A DNA stretch of 28,469 nucleotides from a virus. Taxonomy: Duplodnaviria > Caudoviricetes. Positions within the stretch are counted from its first letter, which is position 1, and each line of letters starts with the position of its first letter. Both the position numbers and the translations under genes were made by a program. Below, in pieces: positions 16,332-25,780 of the stretch. The stretch lies in IMG/VR virus record IMGVR_UViG_3300032250_000578, positions 1-28,469 of that record, one strand, 5' to 3'. Under the pieces are notes generated by a model. That model saw only the letters and a program-made list of their open reading frames with translations. It had not been told where the DNA came from and searched no databases.

Positions 16332-16780
16332 AATTGTATATCCTCCATACCAGCGGCTCGTAATCGAACCACATGGCCTAACATGAAATTTTTACTTTCC
16401 ATGGCTTTCATAATGCCTAAGAATTTATTTCGCAACAGTGCAACTTCATTTATGATTGTTTCAAAATCGATCACTTCGTCTTCACCGTCCACATACTTTT
16501 CAGCATCTCTACTGGTCAGAGCACGAGCATAGCCTTCCAGGTACTTTTGGAAATGCCTGCGTCGTATCTTGCGCAGTTGAATATTTAAGTAGTTTAAAAC
16601 AGCTTCAATTTCTTGTAGTTGGTTGAAACGATGTTCTGTAACACCAGGCAAGGCTGTGATATTTTTTTCCACCAAGCCGCCAATGGCACAGTCGCGCCTT
16701 GCAGACACCAGTTCGTTTTCGTAGTGTGCAATAAAATCTGGTATTTCTCCAAGATCAGCAGTGATTCGATTATACCACAT
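16328..16780 (-). CDS. uvsY: UvsY-like recombination mediator
   Basis: 150-aa helical protein with KYLEGY.RALTSRDAEKYVDGE and a C-terminal LRAAG, located near the uvsX and gp32-like genes. Confidence 0.75.
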   Translation of the reverse strand: MWYNRITADLGEIPDFIAHYENELVSARRDCAIGGLVEKNITALPGVTEHRFNQLQEIEAVLNYLNIQLRKIRRRHFQKYLEGYARALTSRDAEKYVDGEDEVIDFETIINEVALLRNKFLGIMKAMESKNFMLGHVVRLRAAGMEDIQL

Positions 16781-16800
16781 GTGTTATAGCCTGCGCACGA

Positions 16801-17979
16801 TCATTTGGACATCCAGTCCACGAAGGACTGGGGTAATACAGCTGACGGCAATATATTTCTACGTTTTGAAAATTCATTCACATACTCATTTAAATTATGA
16901 CGTTGCTGTTCAGTTGGTTCAGCAGCAATTGATTTAACAATTATAGACTTCAGATCCGATGGAAACCGGTCTACAGACTGTAGAATTTGATCTTTGCTGG
17001 CAGGATCCAACACACTAATTGATAAAAAGTCCGGATCGTTGCAGGGATTGTATCGCGTCACAGCATTTTCTGTATGGTGTGCAAATTCAGCAAGACCATG
17101 AACAGTGAGGTTACTCACTACACTGTAAAAACTATAAGGTATCTCCAAGTCTTTAAGAATTTGAACATTTTCAGTCAATCGTTTCCATGTATTGCCGTAA
17201 CGCACAAATTCATAAAGTTGACCAACAGTTTCGGCGCTGATTACAACTTCGATCTGCGCGGCAGGTAACTTGTTGAGTTCCTGCTTGAGACGGGCAGTGT
17301 CCACTCCTAGGCCCGACTGTATTAGCACTTTGATATGCGACGGAATAGACTTTACCAGCTCTGTCAGACCAAGATAAAGAAAAGGCTCGCCGCCGGTTAT
17401 TATCACCTGACGAATACTGCTTGCCAACAGTAGGTTGCGCATTTCGTCCAACAGACGTCGAGTTGAACTGGATTTGTCCAGAGCCTTTTGACTAATACGT
17501 AAAAGAATACGATCAATGTTGTTGATTTCAAATCGATCGTCACCGGTGTTCACAGTGTGATAGGTTCCGTTTTCTGACAGATCACGTAACCATGCAGAAC
17601 TGTATTGTTTGCAACAGTACACACAGGTCATGTTGCAATCATTTCCAACAATGATGTGCAATTCTTTAGGGCTTGCTTGTATGTCAGTTTCGGCCAGGAC
17701 ATTGCTTTTAAACAGCAACCTGCGACTGGATTTTCCTTGACTTTCCGGCTGCCAGCATGTGGTGTTACAACTGGCCACAGGCTGATTCTGCAACATCATT
17801 GTTCTTTCCTGCTGAAGATGCGGACTATTGAACAACTGCCCGGGATTCTGCTCAAGCCATGTCATGTCAACTGACACCGGGTCGGCAGAACAACAGCTCA
17901 GTGTCTGTCGTTTTGCCAGATCAACAGACAGCCACCAAAATTTTTGACTACAGTAAAAATTTGTATCAGTGGCTGTCAT
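16801..17979 (-). CDS. radical SAM enzyme with N-terminal SPASM/Twitch-type Cys domain
   Basis: CNMTCVYC (CxxxCxxC) and TGGEP; N-terminal YC...SCC...CNTTC. Confidence 0.85.
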   Translation of the reverse strand: MTATDTNFYCSQKFWWLSVDLAKRQTLSCCSADPVSVDMTWLEQNPGQLFNSPHLQQERTMMLQNQPVASCNTTCWQPESQGKSSRRLLFKSNVLAETDIQASPKELHIIVGNDCNMTCVYCCKQYSSAWLRDLSENGTYHTVNTGDDRFEINNIDRILLRISQKALDKSSSTRRLLDEMRNLLLASSIRQVIITGGEPFLYLGLTELVKSIPSHIKVLIQSGLGVDTARLKQELNKLPAAQIEVVISAETVGQLYEFVRYGNTWKRLTENVQILKDLEIPYSFYSVVSNLTVHGLAEFAHHTENAVTRYNPCNDPDFLSISVLDPASKDQILQSVDRFPSDLKSIIVKSIAAEPTEQQRHNLNEYVNEFSKRRNILPSAVLPQSFVDWMSK

Positions 17980-17984
17980 TGCAC

Positions 17985-18242
17985 TTAGTCTTCGTATTCA
18001 GAATCTAAATCATCCTCGTCTTCGTACTCTTCCTCTTCGGGTTCGTCGTCTAGATCTCGAATGTACGAAGCCAGGGCTGTTTTGACATCGCTGTCGCCTT
18101 TAAAGGCCACTCGGATGTCATCGGGCGCACAGTCATTGTCAATCAATACAGACACCAATACTTCCGCAGCTTCGCCACGATCCACAGTATTAACGTATCG
18201 CTTGAGTTCGTTCCAGATATCACTTGCTAAATCTACTGTCAT
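17985..18242 (-). CDS. small acidic hypothetical protein
   Basis: 85 aa with a D/E-rich tail, starting 2 nt after the uvsX stop. Confidence 0.75.
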   Translation of the reverse strand: MTVDLASDIWNELKRYVNTVDRGEAAEVLVSVLIDNDCAPDDIRVAFKGDSDVKTALASYIRDLDDEPEEEEYEDEDDLDSEYED

Positions 18243-18244
18243 TT

Positions 18245-19306
18245 TTACTCCTCTGATGTTGTTTCTTCCGATGCTGTTTTTTCCTCTTTCTGATTGGCAA
18301 AGTCTGCCATCAACTTGTCTAAACAGCCGTTTTCATTTGCTTCCCATTTTTTACGGAACTGCTTGATTATTTCGCCATCGCTTGTGGTGAACACCAAACT
18401 GTTGCCTTCTTTCTTGAGAATACCTTTCTTTTCTGCCAAGTCAACTAGACCCGAGTGCGGACTCATGCCAGTTGAATAAGGAATCTTGACCTGCATGCCT
18501 TCAAATGGCTTGGCATAGCGTGTTTTCATCACTTTGCAACCAGCACGGATACCGTTGACTTCGCTTACCTTGTTGCCGTCTTCGTCTTCTTTGAGTTTCA
18601 TTTTCTTCATAGCAACCACAATACTTGATGCATAGATAAAACCCTGGCCACCGGAAATCTTGTCATCCGGATCAAACATGTCTTGACTGGCATAGGTGTG
18701 GTTGGTTGCTACCAAGCCAACATTGTGACTGCCAAACATGTTTACACAGTTACGAACCAAGGCTGTGAGTGCCTTGGGTTTACGGCCCATGTCACCTTTC
18801 ATGTCACCTGCTTCGAACTGATTCACATCAGTTGGTGTCAACAACATGCCCAATGAGTCAATGACCCACAGTACCTTCATGCGTTCTTCATCCGGCAGTG
18901 CTTTGTAATCAATCATGAATGTGGAAATGGCCTTGGCCACGTCATCAATCATGCTCATATTGAGTTTAAGCAGTTTGCTGGGATCGGTGTCTACGCCCAA
19001 TGCGTGTAACCACGATTCGTCCAAGGCGTTTTCTGTGTCAACAAGAATAACATAGATGCCTTGCTCTTGTGCGTTCTTTACAATGTTGCCACTGCAAATG
19101 TAACTCTTGCCTGCACCTGATTCGCCAGCAAACACAGTTACCTTACCCAATGGAATGCCTTTGTTAAAGTCGCCGGAGATAAGATAATTCAGTGCATAAT
19201 TGCCGGTACCAATCCAGTCAGTGGGATCGTTGAATCCAATACTGAGGCCTTGGATGCTTTTGGTAATGTCCTTGCGGAACTTTGATATGTCAAATGGTTT
19301 TGCCAT
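18245..19306 (-). CDS. uvsX: RecA/UvsX recombinase
   Basis: Motifs GESGAGKS, VDTENA, VIDSLG, GDMGRKPK, TNHTY, SGGQG..YASS and KTRY. Confidence 0.92.
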   Translation of the reverse strand: MAKPFDISKFRKDITKSIQGLSIGFNDPTDWIGTGNYALNYLISGDFNKGIPLGKVTVFAGESGAGKSYICSGNIVKNAQEQGIYVILVDTENALDESWLHALGVDTDPSKLLKLNMSMIDDVAKAISTFMIDYKALPDEERMKVLWVIDSLGMLLTPTDVNQFEAGDMKGDMGRKPKALTALVRNCVNMFGSHNVGLVATNHTYASQDMFDPDDKISGGQGFIYASSIVVAMKKMKLKEDEDGNKVSEVNGIRAGCKVMKTRYAKPFEGMQVKIPYSTGMSPHSGLVDLAEKKGILKKEGNSLVFTTSDGEIIKQFRKKWEANENGCLDKLMADFANQKEEKTASEETTSEE

Positions 19307-19317
19307 GTTGTGCCTTT

Positions 19318-20226
19318 TTAATGTTTAACAATTCTTGCTCGATTGTCGACTCGAGAATTACGATATAAAATTTTTCTATAATCAAACAGACGGTGTTCCA
19401 AATCAACTATGTTTGCAATAGGGATTTGCTCTGCCACCAATTTGATTCCCATCTTCTCTGCCCACTGAGTGGCCTCTGTACTAAAAGGAACAGTCTCTGG
19501 CATTGATAGATTCAGTTGAAATGCAAATTCTAAGTTTTCGTAATTGTAATGATCTGGATATTTTAATTCTGTATCAAAAAATCTAAACTTATTATAGTAT
19601 TGACGACCGACATATGTATAGCCAAAAGAGAAATTTACTATGTCATTGTTGGTAACCATAGTGTCTTTAAACGGATTTTTAAAAACTTCCCATTTGTCGT
19701 CAGCTTTAAATTCCAAATTTAAATTATTAAAACCAGACTCTAAACGGTGTATGCCCATGTTTACTTCTCTAAAAGCATACAGGTATCCTAGTTTCTCCAA
19801 AGCCTGAGAAGTTTTGATAACTCTAATTTCATCAGGATACAATTCATGCAACTTGCTACCAATTTTAGATTGGTGTATGTTACTGCTGAATCTCAGTGTG
19901 TCAATGTTGATGTCATGATAATGAGAAAATGCCCAGTCCGAATGTTCTTTGTTGAGAAAGTCTTGGTCTAGATAATTTTCTAAATCAGTCTGTTGATCAA
20001 ATGTTTGTCCTGTCAGATTGTACAAAATCTCATTTGTCTTTGATATTGCCCAATGCAAGTGTGTTAACTTCGGATCTACATTTTTGTAAAGTTCTCGATC
20101 GTTGGAAAATGCATTTTGTGATTTGTTGTTTGCTTGATCTACAAAAAATTCAAACAGATCATGGTTATACGTGACCTCAAAGGGCAGAGTATCGCCAGAG
20201 TTATCAAATACTAAAGAAAATTTCAT
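19318..20226 (-). CDS. hypothetical protein, AT-rich insertion between the SSB and uvsX genes
   Basis: Long ORF; the likely start is MKFSLVF at 20226, downstream of the hairpin. No motif recognised. Confidence 0.7.
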   Translation of the reverse strand: MKFSLVFDNSGDTLPFEVTYNHDLFEFFVDQANNKSQNAFSNDRELYKNVDPKLTHLHWAISKTNEILYNLTGQTFDQQTDLENYLDQDFLNKEHSDWAFSHYHDINIDTLRFSSNIHQSKIGSKLHELYPDEIRVIKTSQALEKLGYLYAFREVNMGIHRLESGFNNLNLEFKADDKWEVFKNPFKDTMVTNNDIVNFSFGYTYVGRQYYNKFRFFDTELKYPDHYNYENLEFAFQLNLSMPETVPFSTEATQWAEKMGIKLVAEQIPIANIVDLEHRLFDYRKILYRNSRVDNRARIVKH

Positions 20227-20237
20227 GTGTGTAATGT

Positions 20238-20264
20238 TTAGCCCGGGCAGTACACCCGGGCTAA
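20238..20264. other. 10-bp stem-loop just after the SSB stop
   Basis: TTAGCCCGGG-7 nt-CCCGGGCTAA. There is no U-tract in the sense (minus) direction. Confidence 0.65.
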
Positions 20265-20271
20265 TTTTCAA

Positions 20272-21267
20272 TTACTTTGTCTGACGTGCCCGGATCATGG
20301 CCAAAATGTCTTCGGCTTTCTGAGTAGGAGCCTTTGGTGCTTCTGCTGGTGCAGACACCGGTGCAGACACTGGTGCGGAAGCCATTGGTAGATCGTCTTC
20401 ATCAAAGTCTGACACAGGTGCAGGTGCTGCCTTTGGCACACTGACACTGGCTGGTGCAGAATCGGCGCTGCCAGCTGGTGCTGATACACCAGCAGGGCGG
20501 AAGTATGCACCCCAACGTTCTGTGTCGTATGCTTGACCATCTACTGATGCTTCAAACATTTCTTTGATCACTTTGACTGCTGCCTCATCTGGCTTCTTAG
20601 GCAAGAATGTGCTGAGATCAAAAAGACCGTGTGCTTCCACTGCTGCCTGCTCCACTTCGGTGAGTGCAGACTCTTTACGTGCCCACTTACTGGTGTTGTA
20701 GTCAGCAAAGCCACCTTTGGATGTTTTTGTGATACGGAAGTCCAACCCACGCAAAGCGTCAGTTGGCAATTCTTCCAATTCTGGATCCATCAAGGCACCT
20801 TTGATAATGGTGAACAGTTGTGGACCGATAATGAATCGACGAATGGGATTCTCTGGAGTCTTGTCGTCACCGATAGGGTTTTCGCGAACAAAGCCTTGGA
20901 AAATGTAACTGCGTTTTTTCCAGTACTTACGACCCATGTCTTCGAGACTCTTGTCCTTGAACCAGCCACGCACTTCGGTAAGAACCGGGCAGGTTTCTTG
21001 CCACATTTCCATACAGGGAATTTGTACGTAGACTTGCTTGGATTCCATTTCGCCCTTGATGCCATTGAATGGCAAACGAATCATTGCTCGTTCTTGCCAA
21101 AAGAATGTGTTCTTGGGGTTGCCGTCTGGGAGGAAACGGAGTGTTGTGGATGCGCCCTCTTCCATGTTCCAGTGTGGATAAATTGCGTTATCGCCACCAG
21201 TGGATGCGCCACCTTTGTTGTTTTCTGCTGCTGCGAGACGTGCTCGGATTTCTGCTAATGATGCCAT
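20272..21267 (-). CDS. T4 gp32-like single-stranded DNA-binding protein
   Basis: Motifs LRFLPDG, PCMEMW..TCPV, YWKKRSY, G.DFRITK and ADY.TSKW; A/P-rich tail ending DILAMIRAR. Confidence 0.85.
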   Translation of the reverse strand: MASLAEIRARLAAAENNKGGASTGGDNAIYPHWNMEEGASTTLRFLPDGNPKNTFFWQERAMIRLPFNGIKGEMESKQVYVQIPCMEMWQETCPVLTEVRGWFKDKSLEDMGRKYWKKRSYIFQGFVRENPIGDDKTPENPIRRFIIGPQLFTIIKGALMDPELEELPTDALRGLDFRITKTSKGGFADYNTSKWARKESALTEVEQAAVEAHGLFDLSTFLPKKPDEAAVKVIKEMFEASVDGQAYDTERWGAYFRPAGVSAPAGSADSAPASVSVPKAAPAPVSDFDEDDLPMASAPVSAPVSAPAEAPKAPTQKAEDILAMIRARQTK

Positions 21268-21391
21268 TTTAAGTTGCCTTTCTAAGTAGTATAAAATGTT
21301 TTTTTAAGTTGCCTGTGATGCTAATGAAAAAAGCGTGTCACTGTTGTAGTGTACACGCTTTTGTTGTCAGCGTCAATGATATTTATGACGC
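21267..21391 (-). promoter_or_regulatory. SSB leader: sigma70 and late motifs, terminator-like hairpin and 13-nt direct repeat
   Basis: TTGACG-17 nt-TACACT (21376-21348); TAAATA at 21380-21385; stem AAAAGCGTGT/ACACGCTTTT (21329-21362); AGGCAACTTAAAA at both 21267-21279 and 21302-21314. Confidence 0.6.
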
Positions 21392-21411
21392 AGTTGTTCA
21401 AACTGTAAAAA

Positions 21412-23427
21412 TTAGGCTGAACGTATCATTCCTGACAGTTCACGCAAACGTGCCACTATGTCCTGTTCAACTTCGTCGAACTTTTGTAGTTTGCCCGAAT
21501 GTCCGTATTGGCCTTGTAGGGATACTGCTTCCTCTAATGGTGGGTTGCCAGTTGTCACTGCAACCTCTTCTGCCATGTTGCCCAACATTTGTTCAACCTG
21601 TTTGATCCATCCACTCACGTCACTAGATCCAATTTCTTCTACATCGCCCACAAAGTCTGCAACATCGTCAATGGCGGCCATGACCTTTACCGGACCGTAC
21701 TTGCTCAACAGGTCTGAACGTTGCATTAAAATTCTACGTGTAATGGCACCGGCTACCGGACTGTCTTCCTGACCTTCTGTCATACTTTCATCTTCGGGTT
21801 TGCCGTACAAGTATGTGGTAACTCCCATTGGACTTATAACGTGTGTGACATCATAACCTTCGTCGTCAAAACGAGCCAATAACTTTTTAGCACCAGGAAT
21901 TTCGTTTCGTTCAGGTTTGTATTCGTGAACTAGGTCATCGCCGTCCATGACTCTCCAGATGTTGTTGCGAAGATAGTAGTGTTTATCTCTTTCTACTTCG
22001 CCTTCACCCATTCCAGACAGTTCGCGCAAACGGCTTATTGTATCTTCTTCACCTTCGTACATACCACTGCCGCATTCCATTAGGCCGTGTTCCGGGCAGT
22101 GTTCGCCTTCGGCGGTGTAGTTGCACGATCCGCCCGATTCGGCCACTGGCGGTGCTGGTGGCGCCACCGGAGCAGTGGCAGCAATTTGACCTGCTTTCAA
22201 TGCGGCCAACACAGTGTCAAACCCTTCGATGCCGTTGTCTGACAGTTCTTTAATACGAGCAAGAACCACACTACGGCAGTCAGCTGAGGCATCCTGGTCA
22301 GCTAGATCGTGCAGTTGATCGAACAACACATCATCGCCTACCAAACTATACAACTGTTCAGTTGCATTGGTTGCATCTGCACCCACTGGAAATTCCTGTG
22401 ACAACAGTGCAACCAGTTGCTGTTGTTCTTCTGGTGTGTCGGGTGTTGCCCATGTGCCTTCAACTAGGCGGTTGGCCCAGGCTTCAAATATGTTTGCTTC
22501 TTTCATTGCAGTTCCTTGTTGTTGTAAACGGGCCAAGATAGGCAGGGCCTGTTCGATTCGTGAATCAATTGTCTGTTCCACAAACAATGTTTTGATATCT
22601 TCTATGATCAGTTCTTGTTCAGTTATTTCGCCCGGGTTCCAGTTTTCAAAGTAGGCGTTGTAGCCACGAGCAGATCCCAGTCCTTTCAGCGCACGGCTCA
22701 CACCTGAATGATATGCAGTGGCTTGACTTACCAGATTGGCTGTGTCATCTTCAAACACTCGTCCTTGACTGGCTCTACGAAAACGACTCAGTACGTTGAG
22801 TTCTTCTACCATGTTGGCAATGTGTGCGCCGCGTAGGTCGTAAGGACGACCGCCCTGTCGTACATGCTCTACCATGGCTCGGCCACCAGCTAGATTTCGG
22901 AATGGCAGCTTATAGCGTTCGCCCTCGGCTGTTTCCACAAACAAACTTTCAATTTGACGATAACGTGCTTCGTCAATGCTCATTGGGCGTTTGTGACGTA
23001 TCATCAATCTAACTGACTCGGGGTCTCCGTTCCAACTCACGTGCTTGGTACCGTTCCAGCTTTCATACAGGCCTTCACTCAAGGCAGCTTGTCCTTGCAT
23101 GCTGTACTTGAGCTTGCTGATGTCTTGACCCTTGTAGGTCATAAAATTTCGTGTGGCAAAATTTTTCAACTGTTGTTGAAAACTGTACCATTCTGTTTTG
23201 TCTTTGCTGTCCATGGTGCGGCCAAGATTGTCACCGCTGAACAGTTCTAGGTTTTTATCATCGCCCAGCATAACAACCACCGTGCCATAATTTTTTCCAG
23301 AAGAGCTGATGAATTTGAAACTGATAATTTCAGAATTTTCTGATGATTCTGCAGGTGTAAGTTTGGGATCAAACCCCCTAGTGACCAAAAGATCAAAAAG
23401 TTGCTGTGCTGGTGTATTTTGTGCCAT
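21412..23427 (-). CDS. large acidic late protein, probable head-internal or scaffold-type protein
   Basis: 671 aa with TATAAATA 7 nt upstream, recurring hydrophobic-x-E-(G/S/A/E) sites and RLRELSG twice; follows the terminase gene. Confidence 0.6.
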   Translation of the reverse strand: MAQNTPAQQLFDLLVTRGFDPKLTPAESSENSEIISFKFISSSGKNYGTVVVMLGDDKNLELFSGDNLGRTMDSKDKTEWYSFQQQLKNFATRNFMTYKGQDISKLKYSMQGQAALSEGLYESWNGTKHVSWNGDPESVRLMIRHKRPMSIDEARYRQIESLFVETAEGERYKLPFRNLAGGRAMVEHVRQGGRPYDLRGAHIANMVEELNVLSRFRRASQGRVFEDDTANLVSQATAYHSGVSRALKGLGSARGYNAYFENWNPGEITEQELIIEDIKTLFVEQTIDSRIEQALPILARLQQQGTAMKEANIFEAWANRLVEGTWATPDTPEEQQQLVALLSQEFPVGADATNATEQLYSLVGDDVLFDQLHDLADQDASADCRSVVLARIKELSDNGIEGFDTVLAALKAGQIAATAPVAPPAPPVAESGGSCNYTAEGEHCPEHGLMECGSGMYEGEEDTISRLRELSGMGEGEVERDKHYYLRNNIWRVMDGDDLVHEYKPERNEIPGAKKLLARFDDEGYDVTHVISPMGVTTYLYGKPEDESMTEGQEDSPVAGAITRRILMQRSDLLSKYGPVKVMAAIDDVADFVGDVEEIGSSDVSGWIKQVEQMLGNMAEEVAVTTGNPPLEEAVSLQGQYGHSGKLQKFDEVEQDIVARLRELSGMIRSA

Positions 23428-23454
23428 AGTGTTATATTTATACTAGTTGCGGCA

Positions 23455-25029
23455 TTAGCGTAGGGTAGCAAAAAACGGCATTGGTTCTATCATAGTGTCG
23501 CCGAAGTCCCGCATTTGTGAATCCATTTCGGTATGATAGTTCTGCAACATCTGCATCATACGGATGGCCAACAATACACCCATTACCAGGTCATCAGTTT
23601 CGCCGGGCTTGGCTGCATAGCTAGTTCCGTGCGCCACAAAAGTTTTGAGTTCGGATATCAGCGGCGCACTGTTGATGGTCATTTTTTTGCTTTCCACTAG
23701 AATTTTCAATTTGCTACAGGCCGACAGTTTGCTTTTATGTGTAGTATTGAAGCCTTTTCTTATTTTACGAGCGCCGCCCGCCACCGAATTGTCACTGAGG
23801 AAATAGCCTTGAATATTTTCTTCACCAAACTCGGCCACACTGATCAGCGCAGCTTCGCCAATGGTGTTGTTTTCTATGCTGTAGTAAATGCTGTTGATGT
23901 CTTTTACTGTTTCATTTATGTGCGAGCAGATGTCAGCTAGAATACGTATCTGAGCCGGAATTGTAGTTTTATTGTGACGCCACTCGGCCACTTGGATAGT
24001 TGTATTGGCTTCAAACACTTGTATGGCTGACGGGTCACCACCGGTGCCCAGACTGGGATCCAGTGCTACCACATACAGTTTGCCTGCTTCGGGTCGCTTG
24101 TACCAGCGTACTTGCCCGGTCCTGTACAAGGGCTCCTGCTGACCTGCCAGTTCAACCAAGATAGCCGGAGCAATTAAGGTTTCATCGTTGATGATAAATT
24201 CGCAGCCGATCTCTCGTCGGAATCGATCAGTGCCCAACTGTGCTTCCATGCTGGCGCCCCAGGCTTCGTCACGGTCTGGATGCTCTTGCCAAAAACTACG
24301 GAATGCTTTGAATCCGTTGATGCCCAGTGGTGTTGGGTTGCCGTATTCGTCCTCGCACTTGAGGGCGCTTTTCCATAACAATGCAAACTGATCTTCGTCA
24401 CTGTTGGGCGTTGATGTAATAATGGCCTTACCACCTGTGGCCAATGTAGGGCTAATAGAAGTCCAGAACTCTTTGGCAATGGTGGGTCGCACAAACGCAA
24501 ATTCGTCAGCGTACAGCAGTGATATACTCATACCACGACCAGTTGTTTCGGTAGTTGTGGCAGATATGATGCGACTGCCGTTTTCAAAGTCTATTGAGCC
24601 TTTGTTGTAACTGGTAACGCCGGCTCTGATATGATCCGGGCACAACTCATAAGCAAATCGTATACGTTGCATGATCTCCTGAGCACCGGTGTACTTGTGA
24701 GCAGCAATCAGTATGGTCGAATCTGGCACAAACATAGCATACCACAACAGATAACCGGCAGCACTTGTTGACTTGCCGGTTTGTCGAGGCATCATTGAGA
24801 TGCTGAATCGATAGTTGTGATACACATCAATCAGCCGTTTCTGATATTCAAACGGATGATACAACATTTTTCCCTGCGTGGGATGTTGTATGTAGAAAAA
24901 GTGATCAAGGAAATAGGCTGGACCGGTCACAGGGTCGGCACAATCCATGAACTCGGTAATTTCTGTTTCGTTGAATGCTTGGCGCCGATGTGGTGCCTTG
25001 ATCAGTACGCCTTCTAGACTCTTAGCCAC
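23455..25029 (-). CDS. terL: terminase large subunit (T4 gp17-like)
   Basis: Motifs MPRQTGKS (Walker A), LYADEFAF (Walker B), TSTPN, ALDPS.G.GGD, IENN and DDLVM (nuclease domain). Confidence 0.95.
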   Translation of the reverse strand: MAKSLEGVLIKAPHRRQAFNETEITEFMDCADPVTGPAYFLDHFFYIQHPTQGKMLYHPFEYQKRLIDVYHNYRFSISMMPRQTGKSTSAAGYLLWYAMFVPDSTILIAAHKYTGAQEIMQRIRFAYELCPDHIRAGVTSYNKGSIDFENGSRIISATTTETTGRGMSISLLYADEFAFVRPTIAKEFWTSISPTLATGGKAIITSTPNSDEDQFALLWKSALKCEDEYGNPTPLGINGFKAFRSFWQEHPDRDEAWGASMEAQLGTDRFRREIGCEFIINDETLIAPAILVELAGQQEPLYRTGQVRWYKRPEAGKLYVVALDPSLGTGGDPSAIQVFEANTTIQVAEWRHNKTTIPAQIRILADICSHINETVKDINSIYYSIENNTIGEAALISVAEFGEENIQGYFLSDNSVAGGARKIRKGFNTTHKSKLSACSKLKILVESKKMTINSAPLISELKTFVAHGTSYAAKPGETDDLVMGVLLAIRMMQMLQNYHTEMDSQMRDFGDTMIEPMPFFATLR

Positions 25030-25768
25030 GCAGATCCCTTAGTATTTTTTCAACAAACACATTGTGTGTTCGAGTGCCACAGTGCATGTTGTCTCTGGCA
25101 ACATTTGTTGGATCGTGTGACAAACGTCCTGTCATTTCTTCATCCTGCAAGTAACACATGAATTTGATATTTAATTTTTTGCAAATCAATTCAATTGCCA
25201 TTATGTTCTTAATACGGTTGAGCTCAGAATTTGAATCATTTGCAAACCAGTGTTTGAGATAGTCACTGTTGGCTATGTTGTCGTGCGGCAGAACAATTAA
25301 CTCCTCGGTATCACTTGTGATTACTTCCAGTCGTCCTGCGCTTGGAGCCAACATGACCACTAGGTCAGGTCGGAGCTCTGGAATCCAGTACCGAGCCATT
25401 CTGAACAGCGTGTCGCAGGACCAGCCACCCCAAGCTATATTATGCACAGGCAGTGCTAATTTTTCCCCGAGAATGTAAGGCCAAGTTTCATTTTCACGAA
25501 GTCCTACACCAATGGTAAAACTGTCGCCCAGTGTTACGATATTTTTAACTGAAGAATCAAACTCTTTTCCTCGAAATCCTTGGCTGTTTAGATCATAGGT
25601 TATTGGTGTATTTTCAGTCCAACCTTTTTCTTCGGCAATGGCAACAAACAATGGATCTTTAAGATTTTCGTTGTATTTTGCTTTTGTATCAGTGGGCATC
25701 CATTCCAATGACAGGCCTGCCCAGAATTGTGCAGTGTGATAAGGAGGAACATTTACAACATCAAACAT
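25022..25768 (-). CDS. SGNH-like hydrolase or acyltransferase
   Basis: Motifs NSQGFR, TLGDSFTIG, NIAWGG.S and RDNMHCG (DxxH). Confidence 0.7.
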   Translation of the reverse strand: MFDVVNVPPYHTAQFWAGLSLEWMPTDTKAKYNENLKDPLFVAIAEEKGWTENTPITYDLNSQGFRGKEFDSSVKNIVTLGDSFTIGVGLRENETWPYILGEKLALPVHNIAWGGWSCDTLFRMARYWIPELRPDLVVMLAPSAGRLEVITSDTEELIVLPHDNIANSDYLKHWFANDSNSELNRIKNIMAIELICKKLNIKFMCYLQDEEMTGRLSHDPTNVARDNMHCGTRTHNVFVEKILRDLRG

Positions 25769-25780
25769 GCGAACCTTTCG

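Noticed and set aside
20347-20377. Short tandem repeat GGTGCAGACAC
   Set aside because: It encodes the low-complexity APVS-APVS linker of the SSB tail.
20629-21258. 209-aa plus-strand ORF antisense to the SSB gene
   Set aside because: It has no motif or promoter and is the typical antisense shadow of a codon-biased, highly expressed gene. The same applies to the many short antisense ORFs over uvsW, the ATPase and terL.
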